64,000 nucleotides of DNA from positions 57,412,001 to 57,476,000 of the forward strand of contig NC_073382.1 of assembly GCF_028641065.1 (NCBI RefSeq), in the 5' to 3' direction. The notes beneath the pieces were generated by a model. The model ran no database searches. It saw only the letters and a program-made list of their open reading frames with translations, and had not been told where the DNA came from. This DNA is from Leucoraja erinacea. Lineage: Eukaryota. Below are positions 12,555-24,165 of the stretch, in pieces (positions within the stretch are counted from its first letter, which is position 1; each line of letters starts with the position of its first letter). The translations under genes were made by a program, and so were the position numbers.

Positions 12555-12770
12555 TTGGGCACAGAATGTTGGAGTAACTCAGCAGGTCGGACGGCATCTC
12601 TGGAGAAAAAGAATAGATGACGTTTCAAGCCGAGACCTTTCATCAGACTATGTCTCAACCCAGCTCAGGGCAGATTTTCCAACCCAAATGGTGTGAAAAT
12701 CTACGACTCTGAAGAAGGGTCCCAACCCGAAACATTACCTATTCTTTTTTCTCCAGAGATGGGCTGAATT
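12555..12770. mobile_element. Head-to-head Penelope-derived palindromic mini-element
   Basis: Left arm ...GACGTTTCAAGCCGAGACCTTTCATCAG; right arm CTGAAGAAGGGTCCCAACCCGAAACATT...CTCCAGAGATG. The arms are reverse complements. Confidence 0.75.
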
Positions 12771-15116
12771 ACACTTCTGTAAGAAATATATAATTCCAAT
12801 CACCACAAATAATTTTACCTTATATTCTGTTCTCACAGCAAAAGTCACTATAACATTGTTATCTATTCATAATTAAAGACATTTCAATAAATATAATATC
12901 TTTGGTAATTTTTTGCCCTCTGCAAGGGAGCATACAATAAGAAAAAAATATTCACTAGTGTTAAATTAGTACAGAATGAAATTCCGATACCATTCTGATA
13001 GCATAGTCCAGCATTTTGAGACTTTCTTTGGTATAAGCCAGCGTCTGTAGTTCCTTCCTACACAAGATCAGGTGATTTGTTGATCACAGAAGCAGAAGTG
13101 GGTTATAGATGATCACAGCACAGAAACATCCCATTCGGCAAATCAAGTCTGCAACTATGCTTTGTCCACACAAGCCACTTAGACTAATCCCAAATGCTTG
13201 CTTGCCAATTACTGTGGAGCACAATCTCATTCACTGATGACTATTCAATTTAATTTAGACATTTTTAATAAATGATATTGCTATTAGTCAGGCCATTTGA
13301 TGGCTTTATTAAATTAATGCAACATGATGCAAGATTTCACTGTGGACAGCTCCCACGATACAGGAAGGAACGGAACGCAGCAGATTCTGTGAATCAGATC
13401 ATTTACTGCCTTCTAAGAACACAGATCAGGAGACAATTCCAGTACAACAAAAATCTACATGCTACATTATATTGCATTTAGTTTAACCAACATTGTTAAT
13501 GCGTAAAATGAGGAGGATGGGTGCAATTAAGACTGGTGTTGCATAAAATGGGGAAGTTTGTTTTCAGTTGTTTTCCATGAATCATGACTTTATATGCACA
13601 GTTATGTAAGAAAACTGTGCTTGTAGGTGGCATTGTTTAAGTGTCTCACTGTTCCAACAAATAAATGATTCACCTTCAGGCATGAGAGGCTCACAAACAG
13701 TTCAACAAACTAAGGCACAGGTCTGGCATCATTATCAATTCCTTAATAAAGTCCCCCACACGTGTCTACCTCAAAATGCAAGTTGTAAATTGTTCATGAT
13801 ATTTAATTTGGCTAAGATTGAAGATTTGAGTCTAAAATCGCAGAATAAAGTCGTTAAAATAAGCACATGGATAGATTATGTTTAGTTGCAGATTCAAACT
13901 TGATGGAGTTGGCTTACTGTTTAAGAAATGAAAATAATTTTATCTTGCAAAAACTATGAGGAAAATTGAAATAGGACTGGTGTCATTCGCCATCAGAGCC
14001 AAATTTCTGAATTGCTTTTTAAACCTGCAGCTCCCCCTAATGGTTCGCACTGTGTATGGCAGGCATGTTGTCATTCACAGTCTCATGGTAACAGCCAATC
14101 TATTTTTCCATGAGGATATGATCTATAAACTTACTGTTGAATCCTCACACATTATAAGTAAAACGTGAAGAAACAAAAGAGCGAAGCTTGCATGGAATAG
14201 AGTAGAAATACCCAAACATATGTAGGTAGTCATCACCATTATATATGTTTCAGTAAGGCTTGGGTTTATTTTTAATGGTTTAATTTTCGCGAAACTTGAT
14301 GGACTGAACATATGGTTTCACTTTGTATTTAAATATTAATAAATTAGCTTGACATCCTGTATAATCAGTTTATGAATATGGGAATTTTGCCAGGGATAAT
14401 TAAGTCAAAACACAGCACAGGTTGTTTTCTTTTGATTCGAATTCTTGAATTAGACAATGTATTTTATACTGATCAATTCATATTTTTGTTTATGTAACAC
14501 ATTGCAACCTTTTAAAAATCCTTACCCTGAAAATGCTTCTATAGGAAAGATAGTATATCTTCCATGGGAAGATGGTATATCAACTATTAACTTTCACCAT
14601 CTCAAGTGCAGTATATCTCAAAATATTCATCATTTGGAATAAAATATTTAAGCATTGCCTAAAAATGATTGCTTTCCAAATTTCTCTCCATTATTGCTGA
14701 AAATTTGTAAAAAAAATAATTTTTCAGATTCATGAAACTTTATGAATAGATGCCTTTGTTGAAAAACATCTGTGGTTTGGTTTATACAAAACCTGCCTAA
14801 TTTTAGGGACCAGGATATATTTTTTTTAATTACTACATTTTTCCTGAATTTTAGAATGGTATTGGAGTTGGATTCTTTAGCAATTTAACACAAGTGAATA
14901 CATTTTCATTTTTCTCTTATTGTACTCTCACCTGCAGAGGGCTGAAATTCACCAAAGATATCATATTTACAGCAATTTCTCTAATTTATGAATAAATAAC
15001 AATGTTTTGGTGTGACAACAGAATATAAGGTAAAATATTTTGTGGTAATTAGAATTATATATTTTTTAGAAGTGTAATAAATACATGATTGTAATTTGTC
15101 ACAAATTCATGGGTTT

Positions 15117-15414
15117 AGTTTAGTTTAGTTCAGTTTGGATACAGCACGGTAACTGGCCCTTCGGCACACAAAATCTGCGCCGACTAGCGATTACCCGTAC
15201 ACTAGCACTACTTTGCACATTAGGAACAATTTACAATTTTACAGAAGCAAATTAACCAACAAGCTTGTACATCTTTAGAGTGTGGGAGGAAACTGGAGAA
15301 CCTGACAAAAACCCATGTGGTAACGGGGAGAATGTACATATTCTGTACGGACAGCACCCGTTGTCTCTGGCAATGTAAGTGCAGCAAATCTACTGCTACG
15401 CCACTGTGCCGCCT
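15117..15414 (-). mobile_element. HE1-like SINE
   Basis: (TTTAG)n tail at left; CGCCACTGTGCCGCC head at right. Confidence 0.85.
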
Positions 15415-15519
15415 GATAAGTCTGGGGTTTTGGGAGTAAATGGCAGCAGTTCTGCACTTGCTTACATAGCTGCAACAAAGTTTGTCATTTGGAAATCCTA
15501 AATTAGCTTCCTGTTCTTT

Positions 15520-18500
15520 TTAATTTTTTTTTTATTTTCTTAGAAGCAGTGTACAAAAGTATAAACCGCAGCATCTGACATAATACATTTATTGTACAGC
15601 TTCAATTTTTAATTTTTAGCTAAGATGAAATAGAAAAAGAGAGAAAAAGCAAGAAAGAGAGAAAATGAAAGAGAAAGTGAATGTGTAAGAATAGAACCCC
15701 TAGACTACCAAATAAGTGTAGTCAAAGAAATTAGAAAAACGTAAAGAAATAAAAAGACAAAAACAGAAAGAAAAACAAAAAAGTGACGATATACCAGCTC
15801 CATATCTCTCCCTACCCATCACCCAACCCGTAAGGCGGTTTAATTCTGAAGTTGTGTTGCACCATACTATCCTTGTAATGAATCAATGAATGGAATCCAT
15901 GTCTTCGAAAATTGTTCTGGTTTTCCGGCTAAGACAAGTCTCATATTTTCAAGATGTAGCATCTCAGACATGTTTGTAATCCACATTTTAAGAGTAGGGG
16001 CAGATATGTTTTTCCAAAATTTATGTATTCGTTTTTTCACCATTATCAGGCCATAATTAAGGAAACGTCTTTGAAATATTGATAGCTCAGGGCAGGCTTC
16101 TGATGTTCCAAAAATAATCAGTTCCGTATGAGGGTCCAGTTTTGTTTTTAATGTTTTAGAGAAAATTTCAAAAATTCCTTTCCAAAAGTTATGTCGTTTT
16201 ATGCAAGAGGCAAAGGAGTGTGTTATAGTTGCTTCTTGAAGGAGACATTTGTCACAAATAGGAAAAATCTTATTCAGTTTAGTCTTTGAGTAATAGAGTC
16301 TGTGCAGTGTTTTAAATTCGATTAAAATGTGTCTAACATTAATCGAACAATTGCGGAAAAATATAAAAGATCTTTTTCCCATCTGTCTTTGGAAATTTTT
16401 AGGCCTAGTTCCACTTCCCAGTCTCTTCTAATTGCGTCTGATGATGGCATTTCTATATTTAGAAGGGTATTATACAAGTATGATGTTAGATTGTTTGACT
16501 CTGAGTTTCTATTCATACCTTCGTCTAATATATCTGGCAGCAGAGTTTGATAGTCATGGGTATATGTTTTCAAATAATCTCGAATTTGAAGATATCTAAA
16601 ATATTGATTACCTTTAGATTGTATTTTGAATGTCATTTCTGAAATGACAGGAGATTTCCCATCTCGTAGAGATCTCCAACTTTTTTAAATTCCTAGTCTT
16701 TCCCAATGTAAAGTTTTATCTGTAATAGATGGCTTAAACGAATGGTTATTAGCAATTGGTGAAAAAAGAGATAAATTTCTTAGTTTAAAAGTTGATTTTA
16801 CTTGTCTCCACATTCGTAAAGTGCTGTGAATAATCGGATTTTTTTATCATATAGTGTGTTTGTCAGCTTTGTTGGGGAGAGAAGAATCGCGCCTATATTA
16901 AAAGGCGAGCAATCCTCTCTCTCCATTATTAACCAGTCTACCTGTTGGCATCCGTTATCCAGCCAATAAATTTCATTTTTAATATTCGTTGCCCAATAAT
17001 AGTGTATGAAATTGGGGAGAGCCAATCCGCCCGTTTCTATGCATTTGCATAGATGTCATTTATGAATTCTGTGTTTTATAATCCCAGATAAAGTTTGTAA
17101 TCCGAGAATCAAGATTTAAAAAAAAATTATTAGGTAGGTATATTGATTGAAATAAATAGAGAATTTGTGGGAGAAAGATCATTTTTGTAGCATTCATTCT
17201 GCCTAATAGAGACATCGGAAGTGTTTTCCAGAATTGAATAAGAGCGTTTAATATAGTAACTAAAGGCGGGAAGTTTGCGTTGAATAAAGAAGTATATTTT
17301 CTGGTTACCTGAACACCCAGATATTTAAATTTTTCCGTAGCAATTCTGAAAGGGAATTTTAAAAGGTGTGTCAGCTCTTGAGGTTTTATTGCTATAATTT
17401 CACTTTTGTTCCAGTTTAGTCTATATCCTGAAATGGAATTGAATTCCTCTATAAGATTTAATATGTTTGGAATACTAACTTGGGAATTGGTGATATATAA
17501 TAATACATCATCTGCATATCATGATATTTTATTATTGGAGTGTTTAGTATTATAGCCGTGAATGTTTGGATGTACACTTATACTTTCCACTAAGGGTTCA
17601 ATCACAAGGGAAAAGAGCACGCGGTGATAATGCACATCCCTGTCTATTGCCCCTGGATAGCTGAAATTTCGGAGAAAGTATGTGGTTGGTCAGTATTCTG
17701 GCAGTCGGCCTATCATATAATAATTTTATCCATGAAATAAAATTCTCTCCCATCTGAAATTTTTGCAGTACTGTGAAAAGTTACTTCCATTCTACTTGGT
17801 CAAATGCTTTTTCTGCATCTAATAAAATAATTGATGTCTTCTTCTTTAGTTCTGTATCAGTCCATTATGTTAAAAAGGCGTCTCAAATTATTAAACGAAT
17901 GTCTCTTGGGTATAAACCCCGTTTGATCCGAGTGTATTAATTTATTAACGTATTTACTTAATCTTCTTGCCAAAGTTTTCGCTAGTATTTTCTGATCTGT
18001 ATTTAGCAGGGCGATTGCTCTGTATGATCCCGGGTCTTCTAGATCTTTATCTTTTTTGGGTATAAGTGTGATAGTCGATTTAGCTAGTGTTTGTGGTAAT
18101 GTCTGTTCATTAAATGTGTATGTATAAAGATTGTGTAAACGTGGGGAAATTTCCTCGTAAAATGTTTTATAAAATTTGTTACTAAACCCGTCTGGTCCTG
18201 GTGTTTTACAGTTTTTCAGTAAATTGATTGTCTCTTCTAGTTCTTTAATTGAAATCTGTGCTCCTAATTCCTCTTGTTCCAACGGATTAAGTGTTGGAAG
18301 TTTACAGTTGCCCAGAAAGTTTGTAATTTTTCTGCTTTCTGTCGATGTTTTGGATGTGTATAAGTTTTGATAAAATTGGGCAAATCTTTCATTAATGTCT
18401 TTTGGAAGCGTTAACAGTTCACCTTTATCTAATTTAATTTTTAGAATAGTCTGGTCTTTTCAACTTTTCTCAGCTGGCGTGCTGAAAATTTGTGTGGTTT

Positions 18501-18616
18501 GTCGAATTCAAAATGTTCCTGTTTTGTAATTTGAAATAATCTGATAACTATTGCAGATAAAATTTGGTTTAGTTTAAATTTCAATATTGCTATCTTGTTG
18601 TTGGATCTATCGCGTT
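15520..18616 (-). mobile_element. L1-clade LINE, 5'-truncated (ORF2 RT to 3' UTR), pseudogenised
   Basis: ORFs with KTPGPDGF, SYRAIALLNTDQKILAK, DQTGFIP, ALPNF..YYWA and CDKC...THSF..C. A-rich tail at left. Highly similar to 43735-47432. Confidence 0.95.
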
Positions 18617-18631
18617 TATCTGTCTTTTATC

Positions 18632-18705
18632 TCAGATTCAATTTTAATTCAGATTCAATTTTAATTGTCATTGTCAGTGTACAGTACAGAGACAACGAAA
18701 TGCAT
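18632..18705 (-). mobile_element. Short Rex/Babar-like 3' tail with 17-bp tandem terminus
   Basis: (TCAGATTCAATTTTAAT)x2 then TGTCATTG...CAACGAAATG, the reverse complement of a CATTTCGTT...GACAAT tail. Confidence 0.5.
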
Positions 18706-19394
18706 ATCTATCTGTCGTTTCTTGATTAAGGTTTGATGTTTGACTTTCGAACATCCATGCAGCAGAGCAGAATCTGCCCAACAATCTCAAACTTCTGAAC
18801 ATCAGAAACACTCAAGGCAATTGATAGATTTGATAGTTGGCTAAGCTATTGCAGCTGATTGGGAGAAATTGAAGGATTAAATAGTTGTTAAAAAGCAATT
18901 TCTTAACTGATTGATGAGTAGGACTTGTTTTAACCTCACCACAACGGCAGCTACCCTGCAACGGCCTTTCAAACCCCTGGAGCTCACTGTTGATGACCAG
19001 GACAGCGTTTTGAAGGAGGTTGCGATTGATTAATCCACAAAACATTAATTCACACATCACCTAGGTCAGTGCCAAGCTGAGATAGCTTCCCAAGGAGCCT
19101 CTGGGCGATGACCTACCCTGAAAACATTAACCTTATTGCATTTGAATTTCATTTAAAGTTGTTAAAGTTTGTAAAAAAAAAAAAAAAGGTTTTCATAAAA
19201 CTAGCACAGAATATTACAGAATTTACCCGGTGATTTCCACTTTTCCAGTGCCAAACAAACTATTATATTTGTCTGTGCCTCTTTTACGTTGATGCCTGGA
19301 CTATGGGTTTGCTGGGAGTTCAAGGCTGTATCTTTTGTACATGTGACCATTTATTTCACACAATTTCTATAACAGGGGTCTACCACAAGAATGT

Positions 19395-19720
19395 GGGACA
19401 ATGCACAGCTGGTAAACTGGCTGCCTCACAGCACCATAAACCCTGGTTCAACCATGACCTCGGGTGCTGTCTGTGCTGAATATATACATTCTCCCTGCGA
19501 CTGTATGGATTTCCTCCAGTTTCTTTGATGTTCTCCCACATCCCGAATACATGAGGGCCAGTTAGTAAGTTGTCCCTGGTCTGCAGGTAAGGTGATGAAT
19601 TTGGGGGGAGTTGATAAGAATGTGGTGGGATTAAAATTGAATTAATGTGGATGGAATGGGTGGCTGATGGTCAGTGTGGATTCAGTGGGCTGATGGGTCT
19701 GCTTCAGTGATACATGCCTC
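19395..19720 (+). mobile_element. Old HE1-like SINE
   Basis: Diverged head GCTGCCTCACAGCACC...GGTTCAACC, followed by central domain. Confidence 0.7.
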
Positions 19721-20949
19721 TTTAACATCAGCTGCCCAAACCCAAGCATTGGCCTCTATCTTTCTGGAAGATCATGGAAAGATCATGTTAATTCATATAA
19801 GCTATTCATGTGTTTTTTCACATTGTGAATGATGGATTATATACCAAATGGAATAGGTAAAGGAGACAACTAAGCTAATGCGTGAAGGTAATGCAAAACA
19901 TAAATTCACAAAGCTACTCATGTGGAAAGTTAGTCAGTCAGTAAACTCATTCAGTAAAACAAAGTCTCATAGAATTTTTTTCAAACTGCCTCTAGGAAGT
20001 ATCAAGTAGAAGGTTTACACTCCTGGGTCATGATTACTGGAAACATAATTTGCATCCCATCGAATTCACCATTTTATGCTTACTTGAAGTCATGCAACTT
20101 GCAAGGTAAACTAATTGCTGGACTAACATATATCCTGGAGTCTAACCAGCGACTGAAACACTGATGGACACAGTGCTGGAGTAACTCAGTGGGTCAGGTT
20201 AAATTCTGGAGAATATTGATAGGTGACATTATAGATTGGGACCCTTCTTCAGACTGAATGGAGTGGAGAACTGGACTGGACTCTTCTTCAGACTGGACAG
20301 GACTGGGACACTGTTTCTTAATCGTGATTCTATTTTGCTCAGTTGGTAAGGTAATTACAGATTTGAGAGAACCAAAGTATGTTCCTTTTCTGACATATTC
20401 AGATATCATCCTCAATAGAAAGATTTTGTGCATTGCTAGGCTTTCTACAATTTATTTTCTTCCTAAAGATTATACAATTACTAGTCGTGACGCTGTCCTG
20501 ATTGTAACTATTTTAAGAAGTTGCAAAGTCTTAATTTAAAACATGTCAATTTGACAATGTTTATTTTGCAAAAACAAAATTGACTGAAATGATAGAAATA
20601 TATTTAGAATGAATATGAAGAATAAAGAATTTCAAATATCAGAGAAGCACAACATGTTACAGAGAGGATTTTTAAAAATTGTTATCAGGCTTTAGCATCT
20701 GGGTAAATAATGAATATGAAGGAGATTTTGTGTGTTTGTTGATTCCGGTGGAAGTCTCCCGGAAAGTATGAGAAATTGTTATTGATCTCAGACAGTAGCA
20801 CAAAATGAACAATAACAAAGCATGCAGCTTTCTTACATCAAGCACAGTCATCTTTTGCATTGCAGAAATGGAAGAAATCCTGAACATAATAAATCAATGA
20901 AGGTATCATTGGTGTGATGAAGATAGGGGATCTTTCACTTTGCCCAATT

Positions 20950-21297
20950 TTATAAGTTCTAGGAGCAGAATTAGGCCATTCAGCCCATCAAATCTACTCC
21001 GCCATTCAATCATGGTTGATCTATCTTTCCCTCTCAACCCCAATCTCCTGCCTTCTCCCCATAAACCATGACACTTGTACTCATCAAGAATCCGTCAATC
21101 TCCACCTTAAAAAAATCCATTTACTTGGCCTACACAACTGTCTTTGGGAATGAATTCCACAGATTCACCAAACTCCTCCTCATCCCCTTTCTAATGGTAC
21201 ATCCTTTTATTCTGAGGCTATGGCCTTTGGTCCTAGACTCCCCTACTAGTGGAAACATCCTCTCCACGTCCACTCTATCCAGGCCTTTCACTCAGTA
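20950..21297 (-). mobile_element. CR1 3' fragment
   Basis: GCAGAATTAGGCCATTCAGCCC...GAATTCCACAGATTCAC...TCCACTCTATCC. Confidence 0.85.
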
Positions 21298-21486
21298 AGT
21301 AACTGTCCATTATTTGAATAGATGAGGTGCATTGAAGATGGAGTCAGTCACAAACCATGGAAACATGGATGAAGATTTTAAGTCAGACGCATTGGGAAAT
21401 GAATCAGGAAATGCTGCTTAATGATAGTGTCACAAGCAATCGAACATTGACAACAAGTGTCTTAATTTAGATCAAATTTATGGAAA

Positions 21487-21529
21487 TTGGAGGATGCCTA
21501 ACCAGTTGGAGGATGCCTAACCAGTTGGA
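21487..21529. repeat. 19-bp tandem duplication
   Basis: TTGGAGGATGCCTAACCAG x2 plus TTGGA. Confidence 0.9.
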
Positions 21530-21537
21530 AGAACATT

Positions 21538-21855
21538 GGGCGGCATGGTGTCACACCGGTATAGTTGTTGCCTCATAGAGCTTGCTGCGGCACAGACCCA
21601 GGTTCGATCCTGACTACAGATGCTGTCTGTAAGGAGTTTGTACGTTCTCTCCGTGACCTGCGTGGGTTTTCTCCGAGATCTTCGGTTTCCTCCCACACTC
21701 CAAAGATGTACAGGTATGTAGGTAAATTGGCTTGGTAAATGTAAACATTGTCCCTAGTGTGTGTAGGGTAGTGTTAATATGTGGGGATCGCTGGTCGGCG
21801 TGGACTCGGTGGGCTGAAGAGCCTGTTTCCGCGCTTTATCTCTAAACTAAACTAA
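21538..21855 (+). mobile_element. HE1-like SINE, full length
   Basis: B-box GGTTCGATCC; (TAAAC)n tail. Confidence 0.88.
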
Positions 21856-22619
21856 AAAAAAAATTGGAATAGTTGATTGAAAAGATATGGTTTTCAGTGT
21901 GATGTATTCGTAAAGAATGACTACAAGGGAATAAAGGGAAGTAGAAAATTACTTTGAGTAAAATGAATGCAGGGGTGAGAAAAGAATAGTTTGAGGATAG
22001 GATTTGCACCTTGACATCCCTCCTCAGCCCTTTGAACTGTTTTAGCATTGCACGTACATTGTTCAGGTCAAGCACGCTCCCAGCAACCTCTTCCCACTGA
22101 CAATGGGGTTGATGTCTGAATGTCATGGTGCTCCTTACCCGCAGGGGAACAGGATTCTCCTACGCTTGTTCATCCTCATCTCTTTTAACTTTTTTTTCCC
22201 AGAAAAATCCACCCACATGAAAGATTTAAATAGCTTTGATTGGGATTTGTCACCCTATGATTCACAGCACAGCTCCGTTACTTAGCAATACATTGAAATG
22301 TATGAATGGGGAATCATAGGTATTGTGTGTGTGACACGCAATGCTCGGAGGCAGGTTCTCTTGAAATGTCAGAAGATTACGTCCTGCATACGTTGCATAA
22401 AATGCAATAAATTACATATAACCTGCACACAATAACGCAGCAGGAAGGTGGATGGCACTGGAGAACTGTAGCACTTTGGCAATACAGTAGAAGACAATAT
22501 ACAGAGTCAACGCAGGAAGAATGGGATATTTTATTGATTGTTAAACTTATAAACTCCAAAAATAATCCCGTTTTGGACGATTGACAAATTATCAATTTAG
22601 AAGTGGATTGTGGATACTT

Positions 22620-23385
22620 AAAAAAAAAATTATATACTTTTTACTTTTATTGGAAGCAATTGTACAAAAAAGAATGACTTAACAGTTCTACAACTCTACC
22701 ACAGCTTCAATTTTAACATTTTACAAACAGAATATTAAATTGAAATAAGAAAAAAGAGAGAAGAAAGGAAAGAGAAAGATGAAAAGAAGGAGAAATAGAG
22801 GAGATAAATCTGTAGACCCACCCATGCACCCGTTCATCCAGCCTTACAATCAGTTTTGAGTTTGTGTTCAACCATTGTATTGATCAAGAAATTCAAAAAA
22901 GGAGACCATATTTTTAAGAATTGATCTGGTTTGTCAGTCATGTCAAACCTAATTTTTTCTAGATGTAGTGTCTCTGTCATTTCCGTAATCCACTGTGGGG
23001 ACTGTTGGCTTTTTCCAAAATTTAAGTATAATTTTTTTTTTTGCTGATATTAAACTGTAATCAAGACAGCATCTATGAAATACCATTAGTTTGACACATG
23101 CCTCTGATATTCCCAATATTATCAGTTTTGGGTCTGGTTCAAGTGGAATTTTCAGTGTTTTAGAGGTAACGTTAAAGACTTCCATCCAAAAATGTTCTAT
23201 TTTGTACAGAGTAGAAAAGTATGGTTTAAGGTGGCTTCATGAGAATGACATTTGTCACAAAAGGGGTAACACTGGGGAAAATCTTGCTCAATTCGGTCTT
23301 TGAGTAATATAGCCTGTGTAGTACTTTAAACTGTATCAGGCAGTATCTGGCATTTAAAGAGCAATGATGTATGTATTGTCTGCTT
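22620..23385 (-). mobile_element. L1-clade 3' fragment, more diverged subfamily
   Basis: LEPDPKLIILGISEAC...LKFWKKP is homologous to the ORF2 C-terminus of the other L1 copies; purine-rich 3' UTR. Confidence 0.85.
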
Positions 23386-23394
23386 TCGTCACGC

Positions 23395-23865
23395 TAGTGG
23401 ATACTTTTAAGGTGAAGATTGACAGATTCTTGATTAGTCCAGGTGTCAGGAGATATGGGGCAAAGGCAGGAGAATGGTGTTGCGAGGGAAAGATAGATCA
23501 ACCATGATTGAATGGTGGAGTAGACTTGATGGGCCGAATGGCGTAATTCTGCTCTTATAACATATGAACCTATGATACGGATCATGTACAGGCAGATGAG
23601 ATCAGTTTAACTGAGCATAGTTTTGGAGAAACAGCTTTAAAAGTGTGGGGCAAGTTTTATACATAGTGGCTGATGAGTGCCTGGAACGCGCTGCTGTGGT
23701 GGAGGCAGACATGATAGTGGCATTTATGAAGCTTCTGGATAGGCATATGGACGAGTGGAGGGATATGGATTAATTGCAGGCAGATCAGAATCGTTCTTGG
23801 CACAGATATTGTGGGTCAAAGGACAAGCTCCTGTGCTGTATCGTTTTATATTCTCTGTTCTAAAA
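23395..23865 (+). mobile_element. CR1 3' tail fragments
   Basis: GATTGAATGGTGGAGTAGACTTGATGGGCCGAATGG, plus a second tail ending CCTGTGCTGTA. Confidence 0.8.
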
Positions 23866-24165
23866 CACCTTTACTAACATCTTGTGTATTTATATATAAT
23901 TTGAGATTTGTCAGGTTGCCTGTCTCCACAATGATGGGATAATATGTGTTGGAGAGGAGCATTTATTCTTGCTAATTTCCTGTGTAAACAAATAAAATAA
24001 ATTTATTTAAGTTACCATATTAATAAATACAGTTTTAGCTCCATAAGTTCATATGTTCATAAATTCAAGGATCAAAATTAGTGCCAACCAACTCATATCT
24101 GCCAGCACATAATCCATATCCTTCCACTCCTTGCTCATCTATATGCCTATCCAGAAGCCATGTAA

